Shown one piece after another: positions 1 to 10,308 of a stretch of 39,322 nt of DNA. Position numbers and translations under genes: made by a program. The first letter of the stretch is position 1. Each line of letters begins with the position of its first letter. Source of the stretch: Mustelus asterias (Eukaryota); contig NW_027592965.1 of NCBI RefSeq assembly GCF_964213995.1, positions 2,473 through 41,794 on the forward strand. Reading direction: 5' to 3'. The notes beneath the pieces were generated by a model. That model was not told the DNA's origin. It ran no database searches and saw only the letters and a list, made by a program, of their open reading frames with translations.

Positions 1-229
1 GGGCAGTCGGGGGGGCGGGCAGTCGGGNNNNNNNNNNNNNNNNNNNNNNNNNNNNNNNNNNNNNNNNNNNNNNNNNNNNNNNNNNNNNNNNNNNNNNNNN
101 NNNNNNNNNNNNNNNNNNNNNNNNNNNNNNNNNNNNNNNNNNNNNNNNNNNNNNNNNNNNNNNNNNNNNNNNNNNNNNNNNNNNNNNNNNNNNNNNNNNN
201 NNNNNNNNNNNNNNNNNNNNNNNNNNNNN

Positions 230-587
230 GGCAAGCGGGGGGCGGGCAAGCGGGGGGCGGGCAAGCGGGGGGCGGGCAAGCGGGGGGGGCAAGCGGGGGG
301 GGGGGGCAAGCGGGGGGGGCAATGCCCAGGGGTGCAAAGCCCAGGAGGGGGGGGCAAAGCCCAGGAGGGGGGGGGGCAAAGCCCAGGAGGGGGGGGGGGG
401 GCAAAGCCCAGGAGGGGGGGGGCAAAGCCCAGGAGGGGGGGGGCAAAGCCCAGGAGGGGGGGGGGCAAAGCCCAGGAGGGGGGGGGCAAAGCCCAGGAGG
501 GGGGGGGGCAAAGCCCAGGAGGGGGGGGGCAAAGCCCAGGAGGGGGGGGCAAAGCCCAGGAGGGGGGGGCAAAGCCCAGGAGGGGGG
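230..587 (+). repeat. G-rich minisatellite (GGCAAGCGGGGGGCG, then GGCAAAGCCCAGGAG+G-run units), flanked by N gaps
   Basis: Tandem units visible directly; a related unit lies at 1-27. ORFs 322..996 and 332..1048 are artefacts of this repeat and the gap. Confidence 0.9.
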
Positions 588-1075
588 NNNNNNNNNNNNN
601 NNNNNNNNNNNNNNNNNNNNNNNNNNNNNNNNNNNNNNNNNNNNNNNNNNNNNNNNNNNNNNNNNNNNNNNNNNNNNNNNNNNNNNNNNNNNNNNNNNNN
701 NNNNNNNNNNNNNNNNNNNNNNNNNNNNNNNNNNNNNNNNNNNNNNNNNNNNNNNNNNNNNNNNNNNNNNNNNNNNNNNNNNNNNNNNNNNNNNNNNNNN
801 NNNNNNNNNNNNNNNNNNNNNNNNNNNNNNNNNNNNNNNNNNNNNNNNNNNNNNNNNNNNNNNNNNNNNNNNNNNNNNNNNNNNNNNNNNNNNNNNNNNN
901 NNNNNNNNNNNNNNNNNNNNNNNNNNNNNNNNNNNNNNNNNNNNNNNNNNNNNNNNNNNNNNNNNNNNNNNNNNNNNNGCTGGAGAGGGAGATTGAGAGG
1001 AGGCTGCAAACAGAGAGAAAAAGCAGTGCTGAGGCGGGAAAGGTGTAGACAGAAAGTCAAGAGGTTCATACTCAC

Positions 1076-1166
1076 CATCGCCCATCTTTTCCCTCGGTGA
1101 TCTCTCCAACTCCTTCCATCCCCTCTCCCATGGTGGGGGAGACAGATCCTTGGCCAGGGTTTTGTG
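1076..1166 (-). other. Candidate first coding exon of an unidentified minus-strand gene
   Basis: Acceptor CCTTTCCCAG|, Kozak CCCACCATGG (ATG at 1131; MGEGMEGVGEITEGKDGR, phase 2), donor GATG|GTGAGT. Upstream donors CAG|GTAAGC (1251) and TTG|GTAAGT (1262). No homology recognised. Confidence 0.35.
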
Positions 1167-2714
1167 CTGGGAAAGGGGGGGTTAAAATATCAGAGCTGGA
1201 ACTCCATGCAAGCACACACTGACTCACTCACTCACAAAGACACAGCTTACCTGATACTTACCAACCCACGTGTAGAGAGAGACTGGACAATGCATCGCCA
1301 GCCTTTTTATAACCTCACTGAGTCCCACACCTCCCCAATCAATCCTTATCCAACCACATCTCCTACACCTCACCTGAACACACCTCCTCCAGGTATGGGC
1401 CAGTCCAACACCAACCTGTCTCTGAGTGTGTGGGGGGTGTTTGTGTGTGTGGGGGTTAGTGAGCACCAGGCAAATGGTTTATCCCAAGGCTCTCCCTCCC
1501 CCCGCACTCCCAGCTTCACATCACCAGCACTGGGAGCTGAGAGAAGATGGGTTTCAATTAACTCGCAGCCCTGCACTGCCAGAGAGAGAGAGAGGCCAGG
1601 TCTGAATGTGGATTGTACAACTTGTTCATCCAGGACTCCATCGGCTACAGGTTTGCACCCTTTGCTGATTCTTGCAAAATTCACTTTTCCTTAAGTTGCC
1701 TGAACTGAAACAATATCTTGCAAAGTTCTTTGTTGCTGCATTTACAACTGCCACTTCTGATTTACAATCTGTCTGTCCGGGTGTCTGAATGTGTGTGTGT
1801 GGTTAATGATTCACCAGAGATCAGAGCTGCAACATAAAGCGTTTAAACTGTTTTTTAAACAGAAGCACTGGCTGGGGGAGGGGAGGGAGAGAATGAGAGT
1901 GAAGTTTCTGTCTGATAAATGCTGTAAGTGTGTCTTTAACCAGCAGCTCTGCAGAGAGACAGATGCAGGATTTTAAACTCTCTGGGAGCTGCACGCAGGG
2001 ACTCACACACACACAGATAGACATCAGCTCCTGTTTCACACCAACAACCAGGCTGGAGTCTATGCAGCTAATTTCCATCCAGAAATGTACTTGATGCATG
2101 AAGTCAGTGAGGGCTACATTCCCATGACTTCCCATTCAGTCCAATCCAGCTCAGTTTGTTGGAATGCAGTGTGGGAGCCTCTGAGGGAGTTCACACACTG
2201 AGTTAGATTCACAATCTTCATTTCCTATCAAACACTCTCCAGTGTGTTTGAGTTGCACAGATCAGATTGAGCTGGGCACAGACAAGACCACAGCAGATCA
2301 GCCAGAGTGACCCCCCCCCCCCCATCCTGGATCTACTGGTTACTGTTTTAACCAGGGTCTGGAGCAGGTCCAGGAGAACATCCCCCCCACTCACCCACCC
2401 CCTCCACACTTTACAGCCTTCTGGACTCAAGATTCAGTCCAACAGTTTCAGAGAGTGAACTCTCAGCCCGTTCTGCTTCTTTTTCTTTGCTTGTTTCATT
2501 TTTCTTTCTTTCAGTCGGCAGCCCCCCTGCTCCAGACACAGCTTCTGTTTCTCTGTTCCTTCTCTCGCTCCATCTCCATTCCCTTTGGCTCGGGTGGGGG
2601 GGGTTCACTTTTCTCTCATTCAATCTCTCCTGTCTTCCACCCTCTCACAGACCTTCCTTTAGTCCCTGTCCCACCCGCCCCTTTCTCCAAACCTGTTACA
2701 TTTCGAACTTTCCC

Positions 2715-2826
2715 CAGTTCACAGGAAAGGTCACAGAGCTGAAATGTTAACTCTGTTTCTCTCTCTCTCTCTGCACAGATGCTGCCGAACCTGCTGAGTT
2801 TAATTCCAGCATTTCCCTGTTTTTCT
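2715..2826 (+). mobile_element. Degenerate Penelope-like-derived short repeat
   Basis: GAAATGTTAACTCTG...CACAGATGCTGCC.AACCTGCTGAG...TCCAGCATTT matches a common elasmobranch repeat motif from memory; related pieces near 3130-3165 and 32350-32410. Confidence 0.5.
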
Positions 2827-2984
2827 AAGATTTCACAGAATAGTGTTGGTGTAGGAGGCCATTTGGCCCATCGTGTCTGCACCAGCTCTCCAATGTGCTG
2901 TTAAATCAGAGATTGGTGTGAAACTGGGATCTGTTCCTGACTGAGAGCGAAACGGCAGCTTTACATTTCCAGACTGAAAATAAC

Positions 2985-3383
2985 TGGCCAATATTTAGTG
3001 CAGATTGTTCCCAGTTCCTTGCTTGTGGTCGATCCCTAACTGCCCTTGAACTGAGCAGCTTGCTTGCTGGGCCATTCCAGAGTCAACCACATCGTGTGGA
3101 CCTGGATTCACATGAAAGACTTACAGGTCCTACCAGACCTGCTGAGATTTTCCAGCATCCTCTGGTCTTATTCTGGAGTCGGATAAATTCCTTCTCTGAA
3201 GGGCATCGGGGAACCAAATGGGTTTTAACGGCAATGGTTTCATGGTCATCACCAGACCTTTAATGACAGATTTTTATTGAATTGAGATTTCACTATTTGC
3301 TGTGGTGTGATTGGAAGCTGGCTGCCCAGTGCATTACCCTCGGACTCTGGGCTCCCAGTCCAGTGACAATACCACCACACCAT
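2985..3383 (-). mobile_element. tRNA-derived chondrichthyan SINE (non-HE1 type), diverged
   Basis: Minus strand reads GGTGTGGTGGTATTGTCACTGGACT...GGGTAATGCACTGG...GATGACCATGAAACCATTG...GTGGTTGACTCT...TTCAAGGGCAGTTAGGGAT, a typical shark SINE2-like layout. Confidence 0.6.
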
Positions 3384-3539
3384 CAGATTGAGAGCATCTG
3401 TGTGATAGTCCCCAGTCTACCACTTTCAGGCCAGTCTCAATATGTTTAAAATAAACCGTTTTAAAATAAATCAATTCAAGTCTACATTAAATACCAGTTG
3501 GAGGAATTCACAGGAGCCTGGGGCAGTTTTCTAACACAT

Positions 3540-4365
3540 TACCATCTTTCTATAGATAAGGAATCAAGTATTGTACACAATACTCCAGATGTGGTCTCTC
3601 CAGTGCCTTGCACAATGGAAACATGCGTGAATTTAGAAGAATGAGAGATCACTGACAAGATGATAAAAGGTACGGATAAAGTAGACGTGGAGAGGATGCT
3701 TCCTCTTCTGGGACATTCTAGGACGAGAGGTCACAGTCTTAGGATAAGGGGCAGCAAATTTAAAACAGAGTTGAGGAGAAACTACTTCTCCCAAAGGGTT
3801 GTGAATCTGTGAAATTCGCTACCCCAAAGAGCGGAGGAGGCTGGGACAGTGAGTAAATTTAAGGAGGGGTTAGACAGATTTTTAATTGGTAATGGGTTGA
3901 AGGGTTATGGGGAGAAGGCAGGAAAATGGGGATGAGGAGCATATCAGCCATGATCGAATGACGGAACGGACTCGATGGGCCGAATGGCCTAAATCTGCTC
4001 CTATATCTGAGGAATTTCTGACCCTTCCTATTTAATAATTCATTCCCTCGTCATAAATGGTAACATTTCATGACATTTCTGATTAATTGCTGTACCTGTA
4101 TATTAGCCCCTTTTGATTCATGCCCAAGGACGGCCCAATCCCTCTGTCCCTCAGAATGTTGTGATCTCGCACCATTTAGTTATTAAGTGTATTTTATATT
4201 CATCAGGCCAAAATGTACATTTTCACATCCGCCCACATTAAACACAATTTGGCGAAGCTTTGCCAATTCACTGAACTACTTATGTCCCTTCATCGTCCCC
4301 TTACATCCTCATCACCATTTATTTTCCAATCTATCGTTGTGTCATCAGCAAACTTAACATCCATT
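3540..4365 (-). mobile_element. Old CR1 LINE fragment (minus) containing a nested plus-strand CR1 3' end at ~3627-4010
   Basis: Antisense CR1 ORF2 motifs (ACAATACTCCAGATGTGGTCT, GTGTCATCAGCAAACT); the nested copy ends GATGGGCCGAATGGCCT...CTGCTCCTATATCT. Confidence 0.75.
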
Positions 4366-4366
4366 T

Positions 4367-4755
4367 CTGCTCTGTGACATATCACTGTGTAATCTAACAA
4401 TTACTCCAGTTCCCCTGGATTACTGCTCTGTAACATATCACTGTGTAATCTAACAATTAATCCAGTTCCCCTGGATTACTGCTCTGTGACATATCACTGT
4501 GTAATCTCACAATTAATCCAGTTCCCCTGGATTACTGCTCTGTAACATATCACTGTGTAATCTAACAATTAATCCAGTTCCCCTGGATTACTGCTCTGTA
4601 ACATATCACTGTGTAATCTAACAATTAATCCAGTTCCCCTGGATTACTGCTCTGTAACATATCACTGTGTAATCCAACAATTAATCCAGTTCCCCTGGAT
4701 TACTGCTCTGTGACATATCACTGTGTAATCTAACAATTAATCCAGTTCCCCTGGT
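4367..4755. repeat. 56-bp tandem repeat, ~7 copies
   Basis: Unit CTGCTCTGT(A/G)ACATATCACTGTGTAATCTAACAATTAATCCAGTTCCCCTGGATTA starts at 4367, 4423, 4479, 4535, 4591, 4647 and 4703. Confidence 0.95.
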
Positions 4756-5599
4756 TTTTGATTGGATATAACTAAAACAGAAAGCAGGCACCTCGGTCTT
4801 TGGGCTCGAATCAAGCATCAAATCGAGTCCAAGATCAGGTGCGATGCTCTTTCATGTCAGCTTGGATTTTTTGCGAGGACCATGAATTAGATTCAATTTG
4901 AATTGGTTTTGGGGGCAATGAGGAGATGGATTCTGGCTTGGCCAGTCCGCTCTCTGCATTGGCTTTGCAACGCTAAGCAATTACTATTTTACAATCCGAC
5001 AGACAGGAGCTCCCGAACACAATGCAAAGTGCGGGGTTGGATTGGTTTCCATCATAAATTCCGTAAGTGAGTCCTTATTCTGATCAACTCTTCAGAGTCC
5101 AATTTCTCCAGCTGGAGATGGAGAGGTTTGGCTGCCTGACCGGTGCTGTTGCTGTTGTTTGTTTCACGATTGTCTGCAAACATGAGTAAGACTCCCTGCG
5201 AGCGCAGTTCAATATCATAAAGCTGATATTGATCAGTGAGTTCCAGAATAAAACAAAGACAATCCTTGCAATGTCATAGTTGAAACTTGTAAAAAAAACT
5301 ACTTCTTTTTCTGTCTCATCATTTGAGGACAATAAGTAAGTGACATAATTTCCATGACTCAGATCTGAAATACATGTTCAAACCCGAATCAATCATATCG
5401 GAGTGTGTTTAAACTTTAGGTTGAAATCACGATTGGGAAATTACTTTAAATGTGTTTATTCCACAATTGCCTATCTGAAGTTCCCCCTCCCCACCCCGTC
5501 TCAACCGAGGCAGACCGAGGGCCGGGTAACTGCAGAATACCCTCGGCCTGAGTAACTGTGTGCCAACCTGAAAAATAACGGCACACAGTAAACTCTGAC

Positions 5600-5782
5600 A
5601 CATGTATATAGTTTTAAGAAATGAAATGTAACAAAATGTAATGTTTTTGTAAATAAGCACTGTATTGTACTGTAAAAATGATTCTTTTTTGCACTGTTTA
5701 TGACCTTTGGATCTGTCATTTTGCAATGTTTTATTGGAGAGTTTTTTTTTGTGAATAAAGTATATTTTTGAAATAAAAAAAA
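5600..5782 (+). mobile_element. Possible 3' UTR/poly(A) end of a Tx1/L1-like LINE
   Basis: AT-rich segment ending GTGAATAAAGTATATTTTTGAAATAAAAAAA. Confidence 0.35.
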
Positions 5783-6383
5783 CATGTGTCGCAGTGGTGT
5801 TTTTAGCCCTGAAGCTGGAGACCTGGCTTCCAGTGAGCAGAAATAACCCAAGCTGAGATATAATCAGTGTGCTTGTGAGGAAAATCGCTATATTGTTGGG
5901 GCCAGGGGTGGGAATGAAGTCGCTGGTCTGATTATTGAAACAGAGAAACACTGGGTTGTGAATTGTGTCAGAAAACATTTGACAGACATTCAAAATGAGA
6001 ATGAACATTGATGGCAACCTGTTCTCAGGGATTGTTTTAAATAGCACAATGATAACCTTGCGAAATGTATATGCCAATATAAGCTGTCCCTTAGGCAGCA
6101 AAATACTCTGATCAAATAGACCCTTTGATCAAAGAGACCTTGAAAAGGAGAGTGAAGATGGGGAAAGTGCTGCACAATAATTCACACAGGCAAGAAAATG
6201 TCATCAAAGGTTGAAGCGTGAGTTAAGGAACTGTAAATGTATTTTTAGTATAGTAGCAAGTTAAAAATTCAACTGTGGCTCAGCCGTTCGTGTTGAGTGT
6301 TGTGTTTTGTTTTGATATTTTGTTTATGACCCTGTGACTATCACTGTCGAGACAAAATAATTATTTCTGTTTATCAGTGTGGG

Positions 6384-6416
6384 AGCGCCCTCTGCTGATC
6401 ACTAACCGGAACTCCC
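6384..6416 (-). promoter_or_regulatory. RSS-associated CTCF-binding element of V1
   Basis: Minus strand GGAGTTCC-GGTTAG-TGATCAGCAGAGGGCGC: core (6385-6398) plus upstream-module-like octamer, 25 bp from the nonamer. Confidence 0.65.
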
Positions 6417-6423
6417 AGTCTGG

Positions 6424-6461
6424 GGTTTTTGTGCGGTGTTCGCTACATCTGTCCCAGTGTG
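6424..6461 (-). other. 23-class recombination signal sequence of V1 (22-bp spacer)
   Basis: CACACTG (6461-6455), 22 nt, ACAAAAACC (6432-6424), directly after YFCAMKP. Confidence 0.92.
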
Positions 6462-7005
6462 GGCTTCATGGCACAGAAATACACGGCGCTGTCGGACAGA
6501 ACAGCTCTGGCGATATTCAAAGGAACAGTATTGTTTCCTTTGTGTAAAGCAGCCGAGAATCTATCTGAGAAATCCGGAGACTTATCGGTATTGCCCGAGC
6601 TATATATCTTCATCAAATATCTCAGAGCTTGCCCGGGATACTGGATGTACCAGAACATAGTTTCAGAAGTAGCTGTTGGGTATTTACAGTCCAGTGTTAT
6701 GTTCTGTCCTTCCAGAACCGATAATTCAGATCGATCTTGAAACACTGAATCTTCAGCCTTTGCCCCTGTAACAAAACACAGAAGTTATTCAATATCTGGG
6801 AGGGAAGAGAACCCATGGGACAGACACTGATCATTTAAACATTGACTCAAAAAAAGAAAATGCTCGAAATTTTCAGTAGATCTGACAACATCTGTGAGAG
6901 GAAGAACAGAGATAATGTTTCAAGTCAGGATGACACTTTGTCAGAGTTTATTGACTCACCGGGCAGCAAGACCATTATTATCAGCAAACAAAGTAAGGAG
7001 CACAT
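6462..7005 (-). CDS. TRAV: T-cell receptor alpha/delta variable gene segment V1, intact (leader 7005-6960, V exon 6765-6462)
   Basis: Leader MCSLLCLLIIMVLLP with G|GTGAGT donor; TTACAG acceptor; phase-1 join gives GAKAEDSVFQ...TLDC...MFWYIQYPGQ...RFS...LNI...SDSAVYFCAMKP. Canonical Cys/Trp/Cys, open frame, RSS follows. Alpha versus delta usage cannot be decided here. Confidence 0.92.
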
Positions 7006-7826
7006 GGTGTCTGGTTTCGGGTTCGGCAGAAATGAGACAATATTTGAAACATGTTGACATTTCTGTTCTGATATTCAAGCGGAAATTCATATCAGCGGAA
7101 ACGTAATTTACTCAGAAATTATGGGGCGTTTCCCAGCGACAGGATTGGCCGCTTTCTCAGGATTGATGGTCGTCGGGCATAAATCAGCGTTCGCTCGACT
7201 AATAAGTTCTGAGTTTCTCTTTCTCCCTGTCTTTCTAGGGTTCTCCGGCTCTCTCTTCGTTTGTGGCCTCTCTATCTCGCTCTGTTATTCCGCGTCTGTT
7301 TGTCTCACCCCCATTGCTCTGCTTCTGACCGTCTCTGTCTTCGCACTAGCTCCACGTTCTTATCTTTCTCCCCTTCTCCCTAGAGTTCAGAGTTCAGACA
7401 ATCCGATTTCTCCCACTCTCCCATTTCAATGAGCCCACTAAATTACTCATTCTATTCGAGCACCAAATGTAGATAAAGTTAATAACCAGCACTTAAGGGG
7501 TAGCATTATGATGGAAAGATTTAAATGTAAATACTAAAGAATATAGAGTGTGAATGTGAATCCAGGGTCATATTTACATCTTGTGTTGTTATTTTAGAAA
7601 AGGCATCTTATCGGAATCTTGATGGCGTCATATTGTTTAGAATGAACTTTTATAACCAGTATGAACTGAATAAAGCGAAACGCCAGCAATTAAAGTAACG
7701 GTGGGATTATCTCTCATGTATACGCTCAACTGCGTTCAATTGCATTGGGATAGTAAAAGGATGAACAAGAATAATGCAACATAATCATGCAGCAACGCCC
7801 TTTTGTCATTTGAGAATTCGATGATT

Positions 7827-7872
7827 TTCCAGGAAATGACCAGTTACCTCAGATTGCCGCCAGATGGCGGTG
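7827..7872 (+). promoter_or_regulatory. STAT (GAS) site plus CTCF-like site, opposite in orientation to the V CBEs
   Basis: TTCCAGGAA at 7827-7835; CCGCCAGATGGCGG at 7857-7870, at the start of a CpG-rich patch. Confidence 0.45.
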
Positions 7873-8686
7873 CCTCACCATGTTTGTGTGTTTACTGCAG
7901 CGGGTCCGGGGAGCATAACTCGGCGGTATTGCTGCTGGTCTGGTTTCCCAAGGCGTCCAGAGGCTCTCGGAAATAACCCTGTGGCTATCACGTACTACGT
8001 TATATTATGCTATGTTAATTGTATTTCCCTTTCTGAAATTCCTGAGTGTGTTTAGGCCATTGAATTTCTCATTGTACCCTTTTGCTTCTCTCTCTCACTA
8101 TCTCTCTGTTTCTCTTGTTCTCTGTTCGCCTGTCTCTCTTTATGTTTTCGTCTGTACTGTCTCCATAAATCTGCAACTGCTCCCTTCACAGTTCCTTCAC
8201 CGAACCTTCATCTATTTCCCTTCCTGTCTCCGTCTCTCCCTCATTTATCTTACTGTGTCTTGATCCAGCATTAAGGAAACACTCTGAAGTTCACTGGGGG
8301 AATTCTATTCTCAATGTTTATTTTAAAGATCGCAGTCACTTCCTTGTGAACTCTCTTCATTATGGATAGACTTTCTCTGAAGCAGCAAAACTCTCGTCGG
8401 ATCAAATAAACCCAGAGAACAGGCCGCGGGAAAAAGGCTTCAGAACCTGATTGGGACTGAGTTGCTGAATATTAGACAGACACGGAAACTGGATCAAATG
8501 ACAATTACTAAACTAAAGAGATCAAATAGATTGAAGAAGATCAGCGACAGTACAACTGCGAGTTGAAATTAACTAATACAATTCCTTATCTCTTGTTGAG
8601 GTTGTGTTTTGCTCTGATATTTTAGGAAGGCACCTGTGATTTTCTCAGTAGAGAGTGAATTATTGTTTCTGTTTATCGGTGCGAGA

Positions 8687-8717
8687 GCACCCTCTGCTGG
8701 AAACTTACTGGAACCCC
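8687..8717 (-). promoter_or_regulatory. RSS-associated CTCF-binding element of V2
   Basis: Minus strand GGGGTTCC-AGTAAG-TTTCCAGCAGAGGGTGC; core 8687-8700, 23 bp from the nonamer. Confidence 0.6.
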
Positions 8718-8723
8718 AGTGTG

Positions 8724-8763
8724 GGGTTTTGTCCGGGAACCGCTCTATCTCTGCAGCAGTGTG
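8724..8763 (-). other. RSS of V2 (24-bp spacer, nonamer ACAAAACCC)
   Basis: CACACTG (8763-8757), 24 nt, ACAAAACCC (8732-8724). Confidence 0.85.
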
Positions 8764-9184
8764 GGCTCAATGGCACAGAAATACACAGCGCCGTCGGAGT
8801 GAAGAGCCCCGCCTTATTTAAAAGAGCGGTTTTGTTTCCTTTGTGCAAACAGCAGAAAGTCTGGCAAATCTTGAGACGAATCTCCCGCGCTGCATCCTCA
8901 TTGAGTATTTCGGACCTTTTCTGGTAGACGGGATGTTTCAGAACAGAGTTGGTTCACGATAGGTTGTTGACTAACGACAGTCCGGTATTGTGCTCTGTCC
9001 TTCCTGAATTGTTAATTCAGAAGGAGCCTGTGACAACGAATCATCGCTATTGGTTCCTATAACACAAATACAGAGAGTTCCAAAAGTCAGAAATTAAACA
9101 CAACTCCTGGATAACACACTGACTGAACAGAGACTCGCCAGACAGCAAGACCATTATTACCAGTAAGGAATAAGGGGGACACAT
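8764..9184 (-). pseudogene. TRAV: TCR alpha/delta V pseudogene V2 (leader 9184-9139, V exon 9056-8764)
   Basis: Leader MCPPYSLLVIMVLLS with donor changed to GCGAGT. V exon GTNSDDSLSQAPSELTIQEGQSTIPDCR*...LF* (conserved Trp to TGA), frameshifts in FR3, ending SDGAVYFCAIEP then RSS. Clearly related to V1. Missed by the ORF track. Confidence 0.9.
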
Positions 9185-9297
9185 GGTAATTCCTTTAGAG
9201 TTCGACAGAAAAGTACAGGTTATTCTCGATGTATTGATTCTTTTAACCTGAACCTTTTAACTGTAACGCAGAACAGAATGTGGTTAGGGTTAGGGCT

Positions 9298-9606
9298 CAT
9301 AGAATGCCTACAGTGCAGGAGACCATTCGGCCCATTGAACCCGCACCGACCACAGTCCCACCCAGGCCCTCTCCCCGTAACCTCACATCTTTAACCCGCG
9401 AATCCCCCTGACAGGAGGGAGCAATTCAACATGGCCAGTCAACCTAACCCGCACATCTTGGGACTGTGGGAGGAAACCGGAGCACCCGGAGGGAACCCAC
9501 GCAGACACGGGGAGAACATCCAAACTCCAGACAGACGGTGACCCGAGGCTGGAATCGAACCGGGGGCGCTGTGAGGCAGCTGTGCTAACCACTGTGGCAC
9601 CGTGCC
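9298..9606 (-). mobile_element. HE1-type V-SINE, full length, CR1-like tail
   Basis: GGCACGGTGCCACAGTGGTTAGCAC...GGTTCGATTCC (A/B boxes), V-core CTCCCCGTGTCTGCGTGGGTT..CTCCGGGTGCTCCGGTTTCCTCCCACAGTC, tail CTGCACTGTAGGCATTCTATGA. Confidence 0.9.
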
Positions 9607-9994
9607 TGGCTGAATCTCTTTCCACACATGGAACAAGTGAATGGCTTCTCCTCGCTGTGAACTTGCTGGTGCCTCAGCAGAGTGGATGACCGGGTGAATC
9701 CTTTCCCACACCCAGTGCAGGAAAACGGTCTCTCCTCAGAGTGATTTCGCTGGTGTGCGAGCAGAAGTTTTCTGCCTTTAAACCTCTTCTCACAGTCAGA
9801 ACATTTGAACGGTCTCTCATTTGTTGAACAAGTTGGTGTGAAGCGAGGAGGATAAACAAGTGACTCTCTTCCCACACACACAGCAGGTGAACGGCCTCTC
9901 CTCAGTGTGGATTCGCTGGTGTACAGTGAGGTCGCCTGATCGCAGGAAGCCAGTTCACACTGACAAGAGAGAGTTTAAATGCTCTGAGTGTTGC
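9607..9994 (-). pseudogene. C2H2 zinc-finger gene fragment (processed-type pseudogene) with an inverted 5' piece
   Basis: Minus strand: [28 protein letters not shown]..(frameshifts)..[62 protein letters not shown]. Plus strand 9953-9994: [14 protein letters not shown]. Confidence 0.88.
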
Positions 9995-10277
9995 AACTTA
10001 CATTTGCAATTGAAATAAGATTGACAGATCGATCTGAGATACAGTAACGCCTTTTTTTTTGGTTTTCGATACCTTTCCCTGCCTATTTATTCAAAATCGT
10101 TCTTGTATTTACTGATTTATGGGAGTTGTGCACACTTCCCTTTTTACGATCATTAACAAATGTAAATGTGAAACTGAACCACACCAGTTGCTGTTTTTGA
10201 GTGTTGTGTTTTGCTGCAATGTGAACAATCTTCCTGTCACTCTCACTGTGGAAACTGAATTGTCCACGTGTGTGCGC

Positions 10278-10308
10278 GCGCACCCTGCTGGGCACTGACT
10301 GGAACTGC
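10278..10308 (-). promoter_or_regulatory. RSS-associated CTCF-binding element of V3
   Basis: Minus strand GCAGTTCC-AGTCAG-TGCCCAGCAGGGTGCGC; good upstream module, core 10278-10291 with one deviation, 25 bp from the nonamer. Confidence 0.6.

Noticed and set aside
322-1048. Long Gly-rich ORFs
   Set aside because: Translation of a G-rich minisatellite plus an N gap.
1157-1165. Nonamer-like ACAAAACCC
   Set aside because: No heptamer at 12 or 23 bp and no FGxG J motif.
4367-4755. CRISPR-like array (repeat with internal hairpin)
   Set aside because: No unique spacers and a eukaryotic context; a plain tandem repeat. The same applies to 27598-29229.
5084-5332. ORF with a hydrophobic stretch vaguely like a TCR transmembrane exon; plus-strand signal-peptide-like MERFGCLTGAVAVV
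   Set aside because: Lacks the conserved TCR TM Arg/Lys spacing, has no C domain nearby, and has no usable splice structure.
5427-6101. 224-aa minus-strand ORF
   Set aside because: AT-rich, no recognisable domain, and overlaps a probable LINE tail on the other strand.
9590-9596. CACAGTG inside HE1 SINE heads as a cryptic RSS
   Set aside because: Part of the tRNA-derived A-box region of the SINE head; no nonamer.
10244-10250. Perfect CACAGTG heptamer 3' of V3 (possible D-segment RSS)
   Set aside because: No nonamer at 12 or 23 bp; not conserved at the equivalent V1 or V2 positions.
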